This document shows, in pieces, positions 54,437 through 54,890 of a stretch of DNA of 54,890 nucleotides. How positions within the stretch are numbered: position 1 is the stretch's first letter; every line of letters starts with the position of its first letter. The DNA is taken from assembly GCA_009602735.1 (NCBI GenBank), contig WELA01003305.1, forward strand, positions 412,670 through 467,559. Direction: 5' to 3'. A program made the position numbers and the translations under genes. The DNA is from Mesotaenium endlicherianum (lineage: Eukaryota). The notes under the pieces are model-generated. The model saw only the letters and a program-made list of their open reading frames with translations. It searched no databases and was not told where the DNA came from.

Positions 54437-54890
54437 CCCTTCTTTTCTTCTTTCAGGCCCATGAGCACATCGGCAGCGGTAGGCGACAGAAGTGCTTGCT
54501 GCTTGCATTTCTGTGTTTGTGTCTTTGTGCGTGTTCCTCGCGCGCGCGCGTGTGTGTGTGTGTTGCCTGACAAAGAACGCGCGCGCCCCAGTTGGGCGCT
54601 GACAGGACGCGCAGGGGCGTCGCCGTTGCCGCCGCGCTGGCGATGCTCCTCGTCTCGCCACTTGGCGCGCCCGTGGCCATCCCCGCGCTCGTGGTGGGCG
54701 GCGCCCTGCTGGCGACCCTTGCCTCCTCGCTCGAGCGCACCCCCCTCCTCACCCTCAAGATCCCCACTCTCCTCCGATTCTCCGCGAGAAAGTCCAGGGT
54801 GCAGAGAGATAGGGAGCGGGAGAGGGAGAGGGAGCGGGACTGGGACAAGCACAGCTTGGCAGAGAATGGATGGGTGGGGGGAGGGGGGGG
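50639..54890 (+). CDS. Chromate ion transporter (CHR/ChrA family), partial; 5' end unresolved, continues beyond the right edge
   Basis: Exons ~50639-50749 (…LEQTFWRFTEFG), 52144-52258 (LRSAGGTLGQVEMLRRELVLRRPWLDDAAFSDLLAFSQ), 52596-52724 (SIPGPSSLQMVAALG…GAIGSSLVFSAPSVVVLYIL), 53521-53634, 54070-54138 (VAVGMAPACVGLVLYSAWRSL), probably 54457-54491, and 54606 onward (GVAVAAALAMLL…IPALVVGGALL). The GG…ELV..R.WL…SQ.IPGP motif is diagnostic for CHR. Confidence 0.85.
51238..51432. other. Assembly gap (N run)
   Basis: 195 N bases. Confidence 1.
54160..54440 (+). repeat. (GCCT)n intronic microsatellite
   Basis: Direct reading; source of the spurious RQAG-repeat ORFs. Confidence 0.9.

Noticed and set aside
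53815..54852. 345-aa minus-strand ORF with RQAG repeats
   Set aside because: Antisense of CHR exons plus the (GCCT)n intron.

Overview
Eukaryotic nuclear DNA, probably from a green plant lineage such as a streptophyte alga. This is inferred from GT-AG introns full of simple repeats, TTTAGGG-like motifs and plant-type tRNAiMet primer sites. Three intron-rich host genes can be assembled by hand: an AP-3 adaptor sigma subunit (minus, 69-4290, running off the left edge), a DUF985/cupin_5 protein (minus, 44707-47676, 185 aa) and a chromate-transporter (CHR) family gene (plus, ~50639 to the right edge, 5' end unresolved). Between them lies a ~37 kb, mostly AT-rich transposon island. Its core is a nested Ty3/Gypsy chromovirus complex. 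The outer element (21874-37872, TSD GTGCA) has a decayed gag-pol and an intact extra 553-aa ORF between pol and the 3' LTR. It carries a complete younger chromovirus in its gag (23207-29884, minus, TSD CTACT) and a solo LTR of that younger family in its 3' LTR (TSD GCTGG). Older LTR relics, inverted dispersed repeats, tandem duplications and a disrupted spliced pseudogene fill the rest. The best candidate for something new is the extra ORF. It is non-env-like, is bracketed by repeated hairpin+PPT modules, and is preceded by a branch point and splice acceptor that could pair with a conserved U5 donor.
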